Below, piece after piece: positions 28,094 through 37,990 of a stretch of DNA of 64,000 bases. The notes below the pieces were generated by a model. It was given only the letters and a program-made list of their open reading frames with translations. It was not told the origin of the DNA and did not search any database. Where the stretch lies: positions 121,051 to 185,050 of IMG/VR virus record IMGVR_UViG_3300023212_000371. The stretch is one strand, 5' to 3'. Each line of letters begins with the position of its first letter. Within the stretch, counting starts at the first letter, position 1. Origin of the DNA: a virus. The position numbers were made by a program, and so were the translations under genes.

Positions 28094-28526
28094 TCAACTC
28101 TATCAACGCACACCCATTCATACCGAAACCTTTCTCAGTATCCTCAAAGCTAATTGGCACCACTACAATCATATTCCTGAAATTCATGGCGATCTTCCTC
28201 CGGCTGATCCCAACAAAAAAATAGAGGTTCGCTACTACAAAGACTTTCATTTCGATATGCGTCGCTATTGGGCATTAGCCTCGGTTTGGTTCGAGGGTAA
28301 GCCAGTAATGGTTATTCAAAATGCAGGACGAGAAGGCGATGATCATTCCAAACGTTTTATTACCGACAAGGGTCAATATCAGCTGATGATTGAATATTTA
28401 GCTACCCTTCAAAAATCGGACGAATTTATTTCTGAACCAGATTTAGTTTCTCCTAATGAAGAAGTTAAAAATCTAACCAGTTTTTATGGCAATGAGTTGG
28501 ATGGAATATTTGATTATCATCGCTAA
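28083..28526 (+). CDS. Hypothetical protein
   Basis: ORF. Confidence 0.6.
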   Translation: MTPNQLYQRTPIHTETFLSILKANWHHYNHIPEIHGDLPPADPNKKIEVRYYKDFHFDMRRYWALASVWFEGKPVMVIQNAGREGDDHSKRFITDKGQYQLMIEYLATLQKSDEFISEPDLVSPNEEVKNLTSFYGNELDGIFDYHR

Positions 28527-28587
28527 ATTGAGTTATGTCATTTTGGCACCCAAGACTTTCAACAAATTATAATTGAAGGAAAAATAG

Positions 28588-29037
28588 ATGGCTTCCGCAA
28601 AACACGCTAATAAATTGCTCAACACATATTTGGAGAACCAAGATTATGAGGAATCTTGGGCTCTAATCCGATCCGTCATTCAAAATGATAACGACATCAA
28701 TGCCAAATATGATCTATTGTGTCTCTTGATGAATGGCAACACTATGGAACTTATCATAGACAATTTGCAAAGGCAGCTATGTCATATTTATCTTTCCGAT
28801 AAGAACATCGAAGCCTATCTTGACAAGGCAGTTCAATTTAATCCTTTGTTGGGATATGTGAGCATTGAAGCTAGATCCCGGCGCGACATGAAAAATGAAA
28901 GCTCTTTGTGTATTGGTATTCCCGTTACTCGAAAGAGTGATATTGATAAGCAATGTGAGGAGGCGGAGCGGATTATGACTACTGTGAAGGAAGTCTTAAC
29001 TATGATGTTGGTAGAAAGTAGAACAATTCCTGTATGA
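28588..29037 (+). CDS. Hypothetical protein
   Basis: ORF with GAAGGA RBS. Confidence 0.6.
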   Translation: MASAKHANKLLNTYLENQDYEESWALIRSVIQNDNDINAKYDLLCLLMNGNTMELIIDNLQRQLCHIYLSDKNIEAYLDKAVQFNPLLGYVSIEARSRRDMKNESSLCIGIPVTRKSDIDKQCEEAERIMTTVKEVLTMMLVESRTIPV

Positions 29038-29195
29038 TTATTAAACGAAATTTATTGCTCCGTGCCAAACCAGAAAATCTTAAAAGATTGGCAAAATGGC
29101 TTGGAATTGAGGATAAGGAACTAACCCATCAACAATTGGTTCATTTTGTTGATAAGAAGATTAATAAAGGACAGTATTTCTTTGACATATGTTGA

Positions 29196-30260
29196 TTAGT
29201 CTAATCCGAGGGCTTTCATTTTTTTTCTTAATGTACCAATCGTCGTCCCTAGCAATTTGGCCATTTCTTTACAGTTAGATGTTTTCGACATTTCTTTTAA
29301 CACTTCTTTGTTTGGCAAAAATACTCTTTGTTTTTTTGAAACCTGTTCATATAATCCATTTAATTTTAATCTCTTGGTAATGGCGTCTGCACTTATTCCA
29401 GTAATTTGAGAAACTCGCCTAATATTGCTTTTATTAATCATATTTACTAAATCAACATTGGACGGCCAAGTAATGATGGTTCCTTTACGTGGTTTGAAAT
29501 ATTCGCCTCTACCACTTTGGTATTTTGGGTTCGTATTGACATATGCTATAATGTCATCAGATATTTTCTTTTTGCGTGGCAAAAAAAGAGTCGCTTCTGG
29601 GTAATAGCACCATTTCAAAAATTTTTGACATTCTGTTCCAGAAATCGTCACAGTATATTGATCATGTTTCGGAATAATCATTCCACCGCCATTTTTAAGG
29701 GTTGTTATTTTCATTTTCTTGACAGATTTTGTGTAAAAATTACTTCTAAACCCCAGTCTTTGTAAGCAAAGCGCTATGCTTACGATGAAATTTTTGCTGG
29801 CACCAACAATATAACAGGAGGGGTATTTGTTTCTATTACGCTTATATAATCCTAACGATCCATCTCCGTCAATGCACCCTCGAATAAAATCTGGTAAATA
29901 TTGTTCTGGGACATTTGGAAATTCAATAGTAAGAGTTTTGTTAATGATGCACCCTTTTGATATTAACCATTCTGATATGCGTTTATCACATAATCGTAAT
30001 CTGAAATATTCAGGTCGATTTTTAGATGTTGATTGCACAGATAATTGTGGGCTTATCACGTCTCTAATTTTTTCTAACCAATCTTTATCGCACGAATTAA
30101 TTTGGTTTGCTATACTGACACCATTTTTAAAAACACAACCATCTGTAAAATAAACACCAAGCAAGTAATATGAAATAGCGTCTTCATTAAAGAATGCCGA
30201 ATAGTTATGAGAATACTTTTGTCGATAAGATTTTTTGATATGTTCCATATAAAGATGCAT
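29196..30260 (-). CDS. LAGLIDADG homing endonuclease with C-terminal HTH
   Basis: YLLGVYFTDG and FIRGCIDGDGSL. Confidence 0.85.
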   Translation of the reverse strand: MHLYMEHIKKSYRQKYSHNYSAFFNEDAISYYLLGVYFTDGCVFKNGVSIANQINSCDKDWLEKIRDVISPQLSVQSTSKNRPEYFRLRLCDKRISEWLISKGCIINKTLTIEFPNVPEQYLPDFIRGCIDGDGSLGLYKRNRNKYPSCYIVGASKNFIVSIALCLQRLGFRSNFYTKSVKKMKITTLKNGGGMIIPKHDQYTVTISGTECQKFLKWCYYPEATLFLPRKKKISDDIIAYVNTNPKYQSGRGEYFKPRKGTIITWPSNVDLVNMINKSNIRRVSQITGISADAITKRLKLNGLYEQVSKKQRVFLPNKEVLKEMSKTSNCKEMAKLLGTTIGTLRKKMKALGLD

Positions 30261-30271
30261 ATCTATGCATA

Positions 30272-30835
30272 ATGTGGATGGAAAAATACGCGATTTTGTT
30301 TAAAAAAATTGCTCAATTTGAGGCATTAGCCAAAAATTATGCTGACAATTTTCGTGTCTGGGGCCCTTATTCTAAATCTAATGGAAGACAAATAGTTGTT
30401 GTTATTGATCAGAACGGAAATCGTCGGACTGTCAGTTATCCAAAATGGCTCTTAGAATGTCATCTTGGCAAACCTTTAGGGGACTTAACAGTAGATCATT
30501 TGGATTTTGACTTTACTAACAATGATATTAATAATTTACGCGTAATAGATCGGGCAACTCACTCCGCCGATGACAGTCGAAGGGTTCGGCTCATTAAATT
30601 AAAATGTGCTTGGTGCAAAAAAGAATTCGAGCGTTCTCCTCGCCTTTTACGAGACAAATCCAAAAAAGGCAAACGTGGTGGATTTTGTTCTCGCTCCTGT
30701 GCGGCTAAATATAGTCGTGCCCTTCAACTCGGCAAAATTGACAAACTTCCCGTCCAGCCCTACGTGGAAAGCGAATATTATCGAAGAAAAAATGTTCAAG
30801 CTTTCCTCGATTATTTGATCGCCAAATACGCTTAA
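30272..30835 (+). CDS. HNH endonuclease with Zn-finger tail
   Basis: VDHLDFDFTNNDINNL...H; CAWC...FCSRSC. Confidence 0.75.
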   Translation: MWMEKYAILFKKIAQFEALAKNYADNFRVWGPYSKSNGRQIVVVIDQNGNRRTVSYPKWLLECHLGKPLGDLTVDHLDFDFTNNDINNLRVIDRATHSADDSRRVRLIKLKCAWCKKEFERSPRLLRDKSKKGKRGGFCSRSCAAKYSRALQLGKIDKLPVQPYVESEYYRRKNVQAFLDYLIAKYA

Positions 30836-30849
30836 TTTTCTTTTGTCCC

Positions 30850-30877
30850 TTGACATCTTTATTCAAAGACTTATACT
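30850..30877 (+). promoter_or_regulatory. Sigma70-like promoter
   Basis: TTGACA-16 nt-TATACT upstream of 30931. Confidence 0.6.
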
Positions 30878-30930
30878 TCAAACTTAATTCGAGGCAATTA
30901 CGTCTCACAATCCAAACGGAGTTCAATTAA

Positions 30931-31254
30931 ATGACAACTATTAATACGTCAAACGACAATAATACCAATGATAACAACGACATTCAGAACATGATCCAAA
31001 CGGCTCAAAAAGTCTGGGATGCCACCAACGAAATCGTCAGCAACATGGATGACAAGGATCATATTTCCCTTCAAGTTCTAGCTAGCAAAGTTAGCAAAGC
31101 AGTTTCTATGGAGCCCAAGACGGTTTTTGGTTTTGTGGATCATTTCGTCCGCAATTCTACCACGGCTTTTATTTCCCCCGGTAAGTCCGGCGGTGTTCGT
31201 AAAGGTGCAAGACCAGTTAAGGTGGTTAAGCCCGCTAAGAAATCCACGAAGTAA
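30931..31254 (+). CDS. Hypothetical small basic, possibly DNA-binding protein
   Basis: ORF; basic tail. Confidence 0.55.
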   Translation: MTTINTSNDNNTNDNNDIQNMIQTAQKVWDATNEIVSNMDDKDHISLQVLASKVSKAVSMEPKTVFGFVDHFVRNSTTAFISPGKSGGVRKGARPVKVVKPAKKSTK

Positions 31255-31390
31255 ATCTTAACTCTTCGATATAGAGTTTGAAGCAGTTTAACAAGCCCCT
31301 TACGGGGAAGGTTTTCTGAGGATTTTTCCTTTCTCTCACGAGAGAATAAAGTCCTTGTTTTTCTATGAACAATTCCTCAAAAGGAGAATT

Positions 31391-31436
31391 CAATTCTTCC
31401 CACGGCTAAAGTCGTGGTCTCTTCGAACCATTTTTC
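31391..31436 (+). mobile_element. 46-bp solo IS200/IS605 end hairpin (IsrB-type right end)
   Basis: CAATTCTTCCCACGGCTAAAGTCGTGGTCTCTTCGAACCATTTTTC matches 47517-47562; followed by ATGA start codon. Confidence 0.75.
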
Positions 31437-31763
31437 ATGAGTAATCGAGAAATTCTGTCCAAACTTCTTAAGAATTGGGCGCAGGATCATGATGTTAATT
31501 ATAAAATTGCTGATCCTGATCCCACAGAAGAGGGCTTAAAAAAGACTGGCGGTTATCTAACTTGGGTTATTCGAAATGGACATATCAATCTGGATTTAGT
31601 GTCTCTTTTGGATAGGTTAGAAATTTTTCTAATTAATCGAGAAAAACACGCTTCTACAGCCGGATTGTTTTGCCAGAAATGTGGAACTTATTGTCCTTTG
31701 TCTGCGCCTAATCAGGAAGATGGTGGTTTTGTCTGTTATTCTTGCCGACATCGACCTTACTAA
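31437..31763 (+). CDS. Hypothetical protein with C-terminal Zn ribbon
   Basis: CQKCG...CYSC. Confidence 0.6.
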   Translation: MSNREILSKLLKNWAQDHDVNYKIADPDPTEEGLKKTGGYLTWVIRNGHINLDLVSLLDRLEIFLINREKHASTAGLFCQKCGTYCPLSAPNQEDGGFVCYSCRHRPY

Positions 31764-31791
31764 TTTTACCTCTTTTGCACTTGTCAAACAC

Positions 31792-32205
31792 ATGAAAATT
31801 CTCAAACAGCGCTATAGAACTGACTGTGTTCCTACCTGTATTGCCATGATTACCGATGTTTCTCATCGGAAAGCCATGGAGGCTACTCACCCATTTCATT
31901 TCAAAGGTATGGATTGGCGCACTGATGATCATGAAGCTGTCCATGCTTTGAAGAGGTTAGGCTGGAGAGCCAAAACCAGTTTGATCACTTTGCTCACCAA
32001 AATTAAACGCCCTGCTTTGATTATGGTGGAAGGCAAAGTTAGTTTTCGAATAAGTGGAACGCTTTTTGATAGTGAAGACCATTGTTTTGCTTGGAATCCG
32101 AAGACTCGAGAACTAATTGATCCGTCCTTTGGAATAGGGATAGATCGAAGATCCTTTCGGGCGTTCAAAGGGCAAGTAGCTATTGAGATTAGTCCTCGCC
32201 ATTAA
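31792..32205 (+). CDS. Peptidase C39-like protein
   Basis: Q...DCVPTCIAMI and HCFAW...IDP. Confidence 0.6.
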   Translation: MKILKQRYRTDCVPTCIAMITDVSHRKAMEATHPFHFKGMDWRTDDHEAVHALKRLGWRAKTSLITLLTKIKRPALIMVEGKVSFRISGTLFDSEDHCFAWNPKTRELIDPSFGIGIDRRSFRAFKGQVAIEISPRH

Positions 32206-32232
32206 AAAATTTTTTGTTTTCTGGTCGAAAGT

Positions 32233-32796
32233 TTGGCTAAACTATTACTCAAATTCCATCAAGATATAGTGGTTGAAAAATTAGAAGTCGAGAAGAGATA
32301 TTTAGTAGAGTTGCCATCTTCTTGGAGAGACTTAGCATCTATGTTTGATGGCTTGGTGGATGTAAAAAGGATTAAGCAGATTTATCTTCGTCCTGATAGT
32401 AGCGGAATATCTTCAAGAATAAGAAAAACAGTCCAAGGTTTGTTGGGCAAGATTCAAATCGTATATCATGCCAATCAAAAAGAATTCGTGGAAGCTGGAG
32501 TGCATAAAGAAACGGAACACCAAATTTCCAAAGAAGAATATGAAAAAGCACTAGAAAAAAGGCATCCCGATAAAGTAGTGATTGAAAAGACACGTTTTGT
32601 CTTTAATTATCATGATCAGTGTTTTGAACTAGATTTATTCAAAGGAGCATTGGGCGGATTGGCGATTTTGGAGCTGGAGTTATCCGATCAAAATCAGAAA
32701 GTAGAATTGCCGCCTTTCTTGAAGGTAATTGAAGAAATAACAGAGGATCGCAGATTTAGTAACTTTCAATTAGCCACTAAGGAGCTGCACAAATGA
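32233..32796 (+). CDS. CYTH domain (triphosphate tunnel) protein
   Basis: EVEKRYLV, IKQIYL, RIRK, KTRFVF, FELDLF, ILELEL. Confidence 0.85.
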   Translation: MAKLLLKFHQDIVVEKLEVEKRYLVELPSSWRDLASMFDGLVDVKRIKQIYLRPDSSGISSRIRKTVQGLLGKIQIVYHANQKEFVEAGVHKETEHQISKEEYEKALEKRHPDKVVIEKTRFVFNYHDQCFELDLFKGALGGLAILELELSDQNQKVELPPFLKVIEEITEDRRFSNFQLATKELHK

Positions 32797-32861
32797 ATTG
32801 TCGTCCAAAAGAAGTCAAGCGCCCGGTCAAGGGTTGCCAATAATCCAATATAAAGACTATT

Positions 32862-32889
32862 GTCAATTACCAATGACTAAAGTCCTTGG
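32862..32889 (+). mobile_element. Truncated IS200/IS605 end hairpin abutting tRNA-Ser
   Basis: 28 nt identical to 6278-6305. Confidence 0.75.
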
Positions 32890-32977
32890 AAACTGAACCG
32901 GTCAAGGATCGGCTCCCGCTGGAAACGGGCTGGTACCCGTCATAGGGTATGGGATGCAAGCTCTCCGGTTTCCGCCA
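32888..32977 (+). tRNA. tRNA-Ser(GGA)
   Basis: GGAAACT/GGTTTCC acceptor, G discriminator, CCA; CCCG-CTGGAAA-CGGG anticodon arm; long variable arm; T-loop TGCAAGC atypical. Confidence 0.8.
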
Positions 32978-32992
32978 ACGTTGCACTTTAAG

Positions 32993-33038
32993 GTCAATTA
33001 CCCATGATTAAAATTATGGGCTTCCTTGCTTAGAGATC
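32993..33038 (+). mobile_element. 46-bp solo hairpin with left-end 5' part and right-end 3' part
   Basis: GTCAATTACCCATGATTAAAATTATGGGCTTCCTTGCTTAGAGATC followed by ATGA. Confidence 0.75.
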
Positions 33039-33128
33039 ATGATCTTTCAATAATTTCGCATTACATCAAATATAATATTCGAGAGGTGCCCCACTAAACT
33101 AATATTCCCTCTAACTATTTACTTTGAT

Positions 33129-33473
33129 GTGGAGATCGCTATGGGCACGCCAAAATTGAAAGACCCAAATTTTTCGTTCGATGAGGAAGAACTTGATGTC
33201 CCGCTTGACATTCAAGATATTATTACCGTGTGTCGAGAATATAGCAAATTAGGATGGCATCTTCAGCGCCAAATAGAGGCAATATTAGAATTTGGAAATG
33301 TGGAAGAAGCTATTAAAATGGGACAGGTTAAAAAAGAAGCTCTGCCCCACATTAAGGAGTTTTTAATGGTAATATCTAATACGCACTATTTCGGTGATGC
33401 TGCTTATCAGGCTCATGATTGTATTTTTTTGATCGAACGATATCAGGATAACCAAATATCAAGCCTCAACTAA
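33129..33473 (+). CDS. Hypothetical protein
   Basis: ORF. Confidence 0.6.
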   Translation: MEIAMGTPKLKDPNFSFDEEELDVPLDIQDIITVCREYSKLGWHLQRQIEAILEFGNVEEAIKMGQVKKEALPHIKEFLMVISNTHYFGDAAYQAHDCIFLIERYQDNQISSLN

Positions 33474-33977
33474 ATGATTTTTATTTACATTCTTCTTACT
33501 TTTGCCTCTGCTTTTTTTCTAACTACTTTGTTTGGGTATTTGGCGCATTGGATTATGCATAAACGTTGGTCTGGAAGGTTATATCAAGCCCATTATACAC
33601 ATCACCAAGTCTTATATCCTCCTGAGGATATGTATTCCGATAAATATCGAGAAGCTGGGATTGATGATAGCGGCAAATTATTTATTTTGCTTTTCCTTCC
33701 TATTATTCTGGTCATTTTGGCGTTTGGGTGGTTCAAAGTGATACCTCTATGGGCAGCTATTCTAACAGTGATAGAGATGGGATTGATTGGATATTTGCAT
33801 GATTTTTGGCACGAAAAGTTTCATTTATCTAATACTTGGTGGAAGAAATTTAAGTGGTTTCAACATCTAACTCAACTTCATTATATACATCATATTGAAA
33901 CTTCAAAAAATCTGGGGATATTTAATTTTTGGTGGGATAGAGTGTTTAAAAGTTATCACGGAAAATTTGATGAGTAA
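33474..33977 (+). CDS. Fatty-acid hydroxylase / sterol desaturase family membrane enzyme
   Basis: His boxes HWIMH, HYTHH, HDFWH, HYIHH; NLGI...WWDRVF; TM helices. Confidence 0.85.
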   Translation: MIFIYILLTFASAFFLTTLFGYLAHWIMHKRWSGRLYQAHYTHHQVLYPPEDMYSDKYREAGIDDSGKLFILLFLPIILVILAFGWFKVIPLWAAILTVIEMGLIGYLHDFWHEKFHLSNTWWKKFKWFQHLTQLHYIHHIETSKNLGIFNFWWDRVFKSYHGKFDE

Positions 33978-33989
33978 GGAGTATAAGTA

Positions 33990-34337
33990 ATGGCAACGTT
34001 AATCCTCGCAGACCTATGCATCAATTGCGGAGCGTGTTTTGGCCCTGAAGTATGTCCTAACGATGCAATTACGGATGGCTCTGATGTTGGAATAGATGCC
34101 TTCTATATTCACCCAAACAAATGTGATGAGTGTGTGGGGTTTTATTCTTTTGCTAATTGCCAAACTTATTGTCCCGTAGAAGGCTGTATCATTCCCGATC
34201 CCAACATCGTTGAAGACGAAGATACTCTTATTCAACGAGCTTTGTCTTTACATCCCAATAATGAAGAACTGAAAACCCGATTTGATAGTGGCGACTTTCC
34301 ATCTTTGAAACGCAAACTCCCCATCGTTAAAAATTAA
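33990..34337 (+). CDS. 4Fe-4S dicluster ferredoxin (YfhL-like)
   Basis: CINCGAC...CP and CDECVG...CQTYCPV. Confidence 0.85.
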   Translation: MATLILADLCINCGACFGPEVCPNDAITDGSDVGIDAFYIHPNKCDECVGFYSFANCQTYCPVEGCIIPDPNIVEDEDTLIQRALSLHPNNEELKTRFDSGDFPSLKRKLPIVKN

Positions 34338-35363
34338 TTACTGTGGCGTCCAAGCATTGGTCGATGAATTGAATAACCAAGTATCGTTGTAATCTTCATC
34401 ATCTTTGATTCCGCCGAACAATACCGTTCGAGCCGAAAAGACATCATATGCCATTTGAGCATAGGCTCTTCGCAGAGGCACAGTTCCTGATGGAAGAATT
34501 TGCGTCCAAGTATTATTTGTAGGATTGAATACCCAAGTTTCTGCGTTATATCCTTGGGCAGTGATTCCTCCAAACAGAATGAATAAGTTATTCCCGCTAT
34601 CATACACCATGTTTGCCCCATATCTTCCGCTGGGCACCGAACTCGATAACCCCAAATTGACACCAAGCCAAAAAGTTCCGTCAAACTGCCAAGTATCTGT
34701 CAAAAGTTCCGTTGGACCAGCACCGCCAAAAAGCAAAGTGATCGATGGGCTGCTAGCTTGAGCATGGTGCAATCTTTTGCTAGGAGCATTGGGTGGGTTC
34801 AACAAAGTCCAAGTGTTATTAGAGTGAGTCCAAGCCCACGTGCCAGCAGTATAAGTGTTATTGGTTTGTCCGCCAAATAAGATCGCCTTCCCTATTCCAG
34901 ACTGGTAAGATAGTTTAGCTGACTTTCGACTAACAGGATTAACAATAGCTCCTGTTCCATTATTAACCAGGCTCCAAGTTCCAGTAAAAGACCAAGTGTC
35001 TTGCAATGGATTTAGTTCAGCATTAGCTCCACCGAACAAAATGAGACTAGTTCCATCAAAAGACATAGAGCCATCGAACCTTCCCGATGGACCAACAATT
35101 TCATTTAATAGCACCCAGACAGAACCGTTCCAAAACCAACTGTCATTCAAAACACCATCGTTGGTGTTGTTTGTGGTTTTTCCTCCGAAAAGAACTGTTC
35201 CGATTCCCGGAAGATAGTCCATCATCCCTTGCCAACGAGGCGGAGGAGAAAAACTAAGTCCAATTCCGGGGAAAAGATCTAACCCAGATCCACTTGGGCC
35301 ACCACCGGGAGGTGCGGGCGAATAAATTCCGGGTGGGAAGGTGAAGAAAAAAAGAAACATCAC
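34338..35363 (-). CDS. Kelch/galactose-oxidase-type beta-propeller protein
   Basis: Repeated LFGG...DTW...W; start uncertain. Confidence 0.75.
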   Translation of the reverse strand: MMFLFFFTFPPGIYSPAPPGGGPSGSGLDLFPGIGLSFSPPPRWQGMMDYLPGIGTVLFGGKTTNNTNDGVLNDSWFWNGSVWVLLNEIVGPSGRFDGSMSFDGTSLILFGGANAELNPLQDTWSFTGTWSLVNNGTGAIVNPVSRKSAKLSYQSGIGKAILFGGQTNNTYTAGTWAWTHSNNTWTLLNPPNAPSKRLHHAQASSPSITLLFGGAGPTELLTDTWQFDGTFWLGVNLGLSSSVPSGRYGANMVYDSGNNLFILFGGITAQGYNAETWVFNPTNNTWTQILPSGTVPLRRAYAQMAYDVFSARTVLFGGIKDDEDYNDTWLFNSSTNAWTPQ

Positions 35364-35375
35364 CCTACCTAAAAA

Positions 35376-37274
35376 TTAGACACAGTCATAACCAGTTATA
35401 GTTACTGATTCAAGGGTTCCAGAAGCGCCCGCGGCTGCAAATTCTAAGGTCATGGCAGTTGCAGCGGAACCGACAATATTAAGACCGCTGATATTAAGGC
35501 TGCGAACGTCATTAGAGATAGCCGATAAATACTGGCTCCATAGAATAGTTCCGGTTCCTGTTACGCCATCACGCAAATTAACTAAAGTAGCAGCGTTGGT
35601 AGCAGTACCCGCAAAGCTAGCAGAAACGCTAGTGCAGACATGTCTAACACCTGCCGCTCCTGCTGCCTTGGTTGCAGTCGCTTGAGTAGCCGCAGATGGT
35701 GTGCTAACTACTGTCCAGTTACCAGGTAACACAGTAAGTTCTGCGCCAGTGGAACTGAAAGCTGATAAATTAGCCGCTGCACCCGATCGAGCCCGATCCA
35801 TATTGGTGCCATTGAATAACGCTGGATTTTCTGCCACGATATTAACCGCCGGCATAGCATCGGCAGTAGCAGAACGTTCAATGTAGTAGAGTTGTGATGC
35901 CGGATCATAAAGAGCTTCTTCTTCAATGCCGATACCATCTGGTAAGAAACCGTTAGTGCCGGGGCCCAGTACCGAATGTTGATCCCATTCAACTGTCGAG
36001 TTTTGAGCGTGTGAAAATTGAGTTGCAATTTGGAGTGGAACAGTTGTAGAACCAACAGTATAGGTTGCTGATACATAGTTGGTTTCTGGATTGGATCCAA
36101 CTCGATCAAGAATAACTTTCTGTCCGGGAATTAGGGTAGTTGGCGCGCTATTAAGCGTAAGAGTGGTGCTATTAGCAGCCAAAGGATTATTGGAAATAGT
36201 TCCGCTTCCCTTACCTTTAGCATTAACGTTACGGGCTCTATCGAATTGGAAACCAGAAAGCACGCTTCCATTTGCTAATGGGTTGCCATTCCATTCGTAT
36301 TCAGCCGCAATTGCAGTACCGTTGCCAGAAGCACCATCAAGTTCGCCACCTGCGGAACGTTCTAATTCGGCTAAGTTGGCATTTGTGTTAAACAAATAAG
36401 TCATTGATGCTGACAAACCAGTCAAAGCAATGTTATTACCTGCACCAGCATCGCGAGCAACGTTATAGTGAAACCAGCTAAGTGTTTCGTTGCCCGTATG
36501 GTTAGCTTTAAAGACGGCGGTAATTGAAGTGCCGCTTGGAACTGCACTGACGAAAATGTTTTCTGGATTGGTTCCACCCACCGCGACATAATCACCAATT
36601 TTTATGTTTGTCGTGGATGTAACAGTAATAGTTTGGGGCGAGTTGCCGCCGGTGATAGCGCCTTGATTGATAGTTGTGCTAAAAGGTATTGCAAATTGAG
36701 AGCTACCAGCGGTAAGACCCGAGGCTGGCTGACCGTCAAACGCCGTTGAACGTTGGCGATCATAGCCCCCTGAGTTAATACCGTTGAGATTAGAACACGG
36801 ATTAAGAATAGCTGTTGGGCCCGATACATCTAATTGAAATGCCGTGCCACTAGGGACTTGGTTATCAGCATTACGACCTTGCGTTGTGCCAACAACATTT
36901 ACACCGTCTCCAATCTTGATTGGAATTGGGTTATTATTAGCAAGAACCGCATTACCTTGCGATAATTGAACGGGAATAGGATTATTTGCTGCTAATACTG
37001 AACCACTTTGGGATAATTGACTTGGAATGGGATTGCTAGCAGATAACACTGCGTTGCTTTGAGATAGCTGAGCCGGAATAGGATTATTAGCTGCTAAAAC
37101 TGCGTTGCTTTGGGACAATTGAGCTGGAAGTGGATTGGTCGCTGTAATATCACCACCATCCGTATCCAAAGATCCAATACGAACCTTGATTACTGGAATT
37201 TTATACGCACCAATGTCCTCGGTTGCGATATTATCACCACCAGCTCCTGGATTAATCCTTGTATTATCACTCAT
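35376..37274 (-). CDS. Gly/Ala/Thr/Asn-rich putative virion structural or fibre protein
   Basis: Composition; N-terminal tandem repeats; internal duplication. Confidence 0.6.
   Translation of the reverse strand: MSDNTRINPGAGGDNIATEDIGAYKIPVIKVRIGSLDTDGGDITATNPLPAQLSQSNAVLAANNPIPAQLSQSNAVLSASNPIPSQLSQSGSVLAANNPIPVQLSQGNAVLANNNPIPIKIGDGVNVVGTTQGRNADNQVPSGTAFQLDVSGPTAILNPCSNLNGINSGGYDRQRSTAFDGQPASGLTAGSSQFAIPFSTTINQGAITGGNSPQTITVTSTTNIKIGDYVAVGGTNPENIFVSAVPSGTSITAVFKANHTGNETLSWFHYNVARDAGAGNNIALTGLSASMTYLFNTNANLAELERSAGGELDGASGNGTAIAAEYEWNGNPLANGSVLSGFQFDRARNVNAKGKGSGTISNNPLAANSTTLTLNSAPTTLIPGQKVILDRVGSNPETNYVSATYTVGSTTVPLQIATQFSHAQNSTVEWDQHSVLGPGTNGFLPDGIGIEEEALYDPASQLYYIERSATADAMPAVNIVAENPALFNGTNMDRARSGAAANLSAFSSTGAELTVLPGNWTVVSTPSAATQATATKAAGAAGVRHVCTSVSASFAGTATNAATLVNLRDGVTGTGTILWSQYLSAISNDVRSLNISGLNIVGSAATAMTLEFAAAGASGTLESVTITGYDCV
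36921..37140 (-). repeat. Four 17-aa (51-bp) tandem repeats NPIPxQLSQxxxVLxAx
   Basis: Read from translation of 35376-37274. Confidence 0.8.
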
Positions 37275-37340
37275 AATCTGTCCTTCTTGTTAGCAATTGT
37301 TTGAATTTTGCCCATATGGCAAAATGCGAATTTATGCCGA

Positions 37341-37649
37341 TTACTTAAGTCTCCCGCCCATCTGCCGATATACAAACATGGTAGTTCCATATGGCTCTTC
37401 TTGCTTTTTCCAGTAAGGCTTAACTGCCTTTTTAGCTTTTTCCCAAATGTGCTTATCCAGAACAGCAGGTGGAGGATTTAGTGGATTATCCCAATCTTTA
37501 CTCATTTTGGCAAGATAAGCCCGATCTTCTTCATTCAGCCATGTTAGTTCATCTGCTTTAACACTTTGAGGTTCATGTTGAGAATAGTGATATTCTGACA
37601 CTTTAATTAGAAACTTTTCTGCCAATTTGAATATTTTTTCAAAACTCAT
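37341..37649 (-). CDS. Hypothetical protein
   Basis: ORF. Confidence 0.6.
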   Translation of the reverse strand: MSFEKIFKLAEKFLIKVSEYHYSQHEPQSVKADELTWLNEEDRAYLAKMSKDWDNPLNPPPAVLDKHIWEKAKKAVKPYWKKQEEPYGTTMFVYRQMGGRLK

Positions 37650-37665
37650 AATTTGATGCCCAACT

Positions 37666-37986
37666 ATGGATAGTCAATTAACCTACACGTATCGCTTAAA
37701 ATCTAAGGGAAGAGATTATTACGATGTTTATTCCTTTGGAGCCAGAGTCGTGCCTTGGGATGTCCCTAAAAATCTGTTAGATGTTCATATTGCTCATTAT
37801 TCGGGAGATGGTACGAAATTAGCGATTACTAATTTTTGGGTTGATATTACTGAGGACTTAACTATCCAATGGTTGCCTTATCGAAGAGTTGCGACTGATA
37901 GTGGCTATAATTATGATACCACCAACATTCCATCTGATGTCAAAGAATTCGCAGAGAGGATAGTCAAAAATTTAGCATTCTGGTGA
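37666..37986 (+). CDS. Hypothetical protein
   Basis: ORF. Confidence 0.55.
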   Translation: MDSQLTYTYRLKSKGRDYYDVYSFGARVVPWDVPKNLLDVHIAHYSGDGTKLAITNFWVDITEDLTIQWLPYRRVATDSGYNYDTTNIPSDVKEFAERIVKNLAFW

Positions 37987-37990
37987 AAAT

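Noticed and set aside
37666-37986. Ninth member of the ~110-aa family
   Set aside because: Similar size and C-terminal ending only; lacks DDDF and NLNVAGNL anchors.
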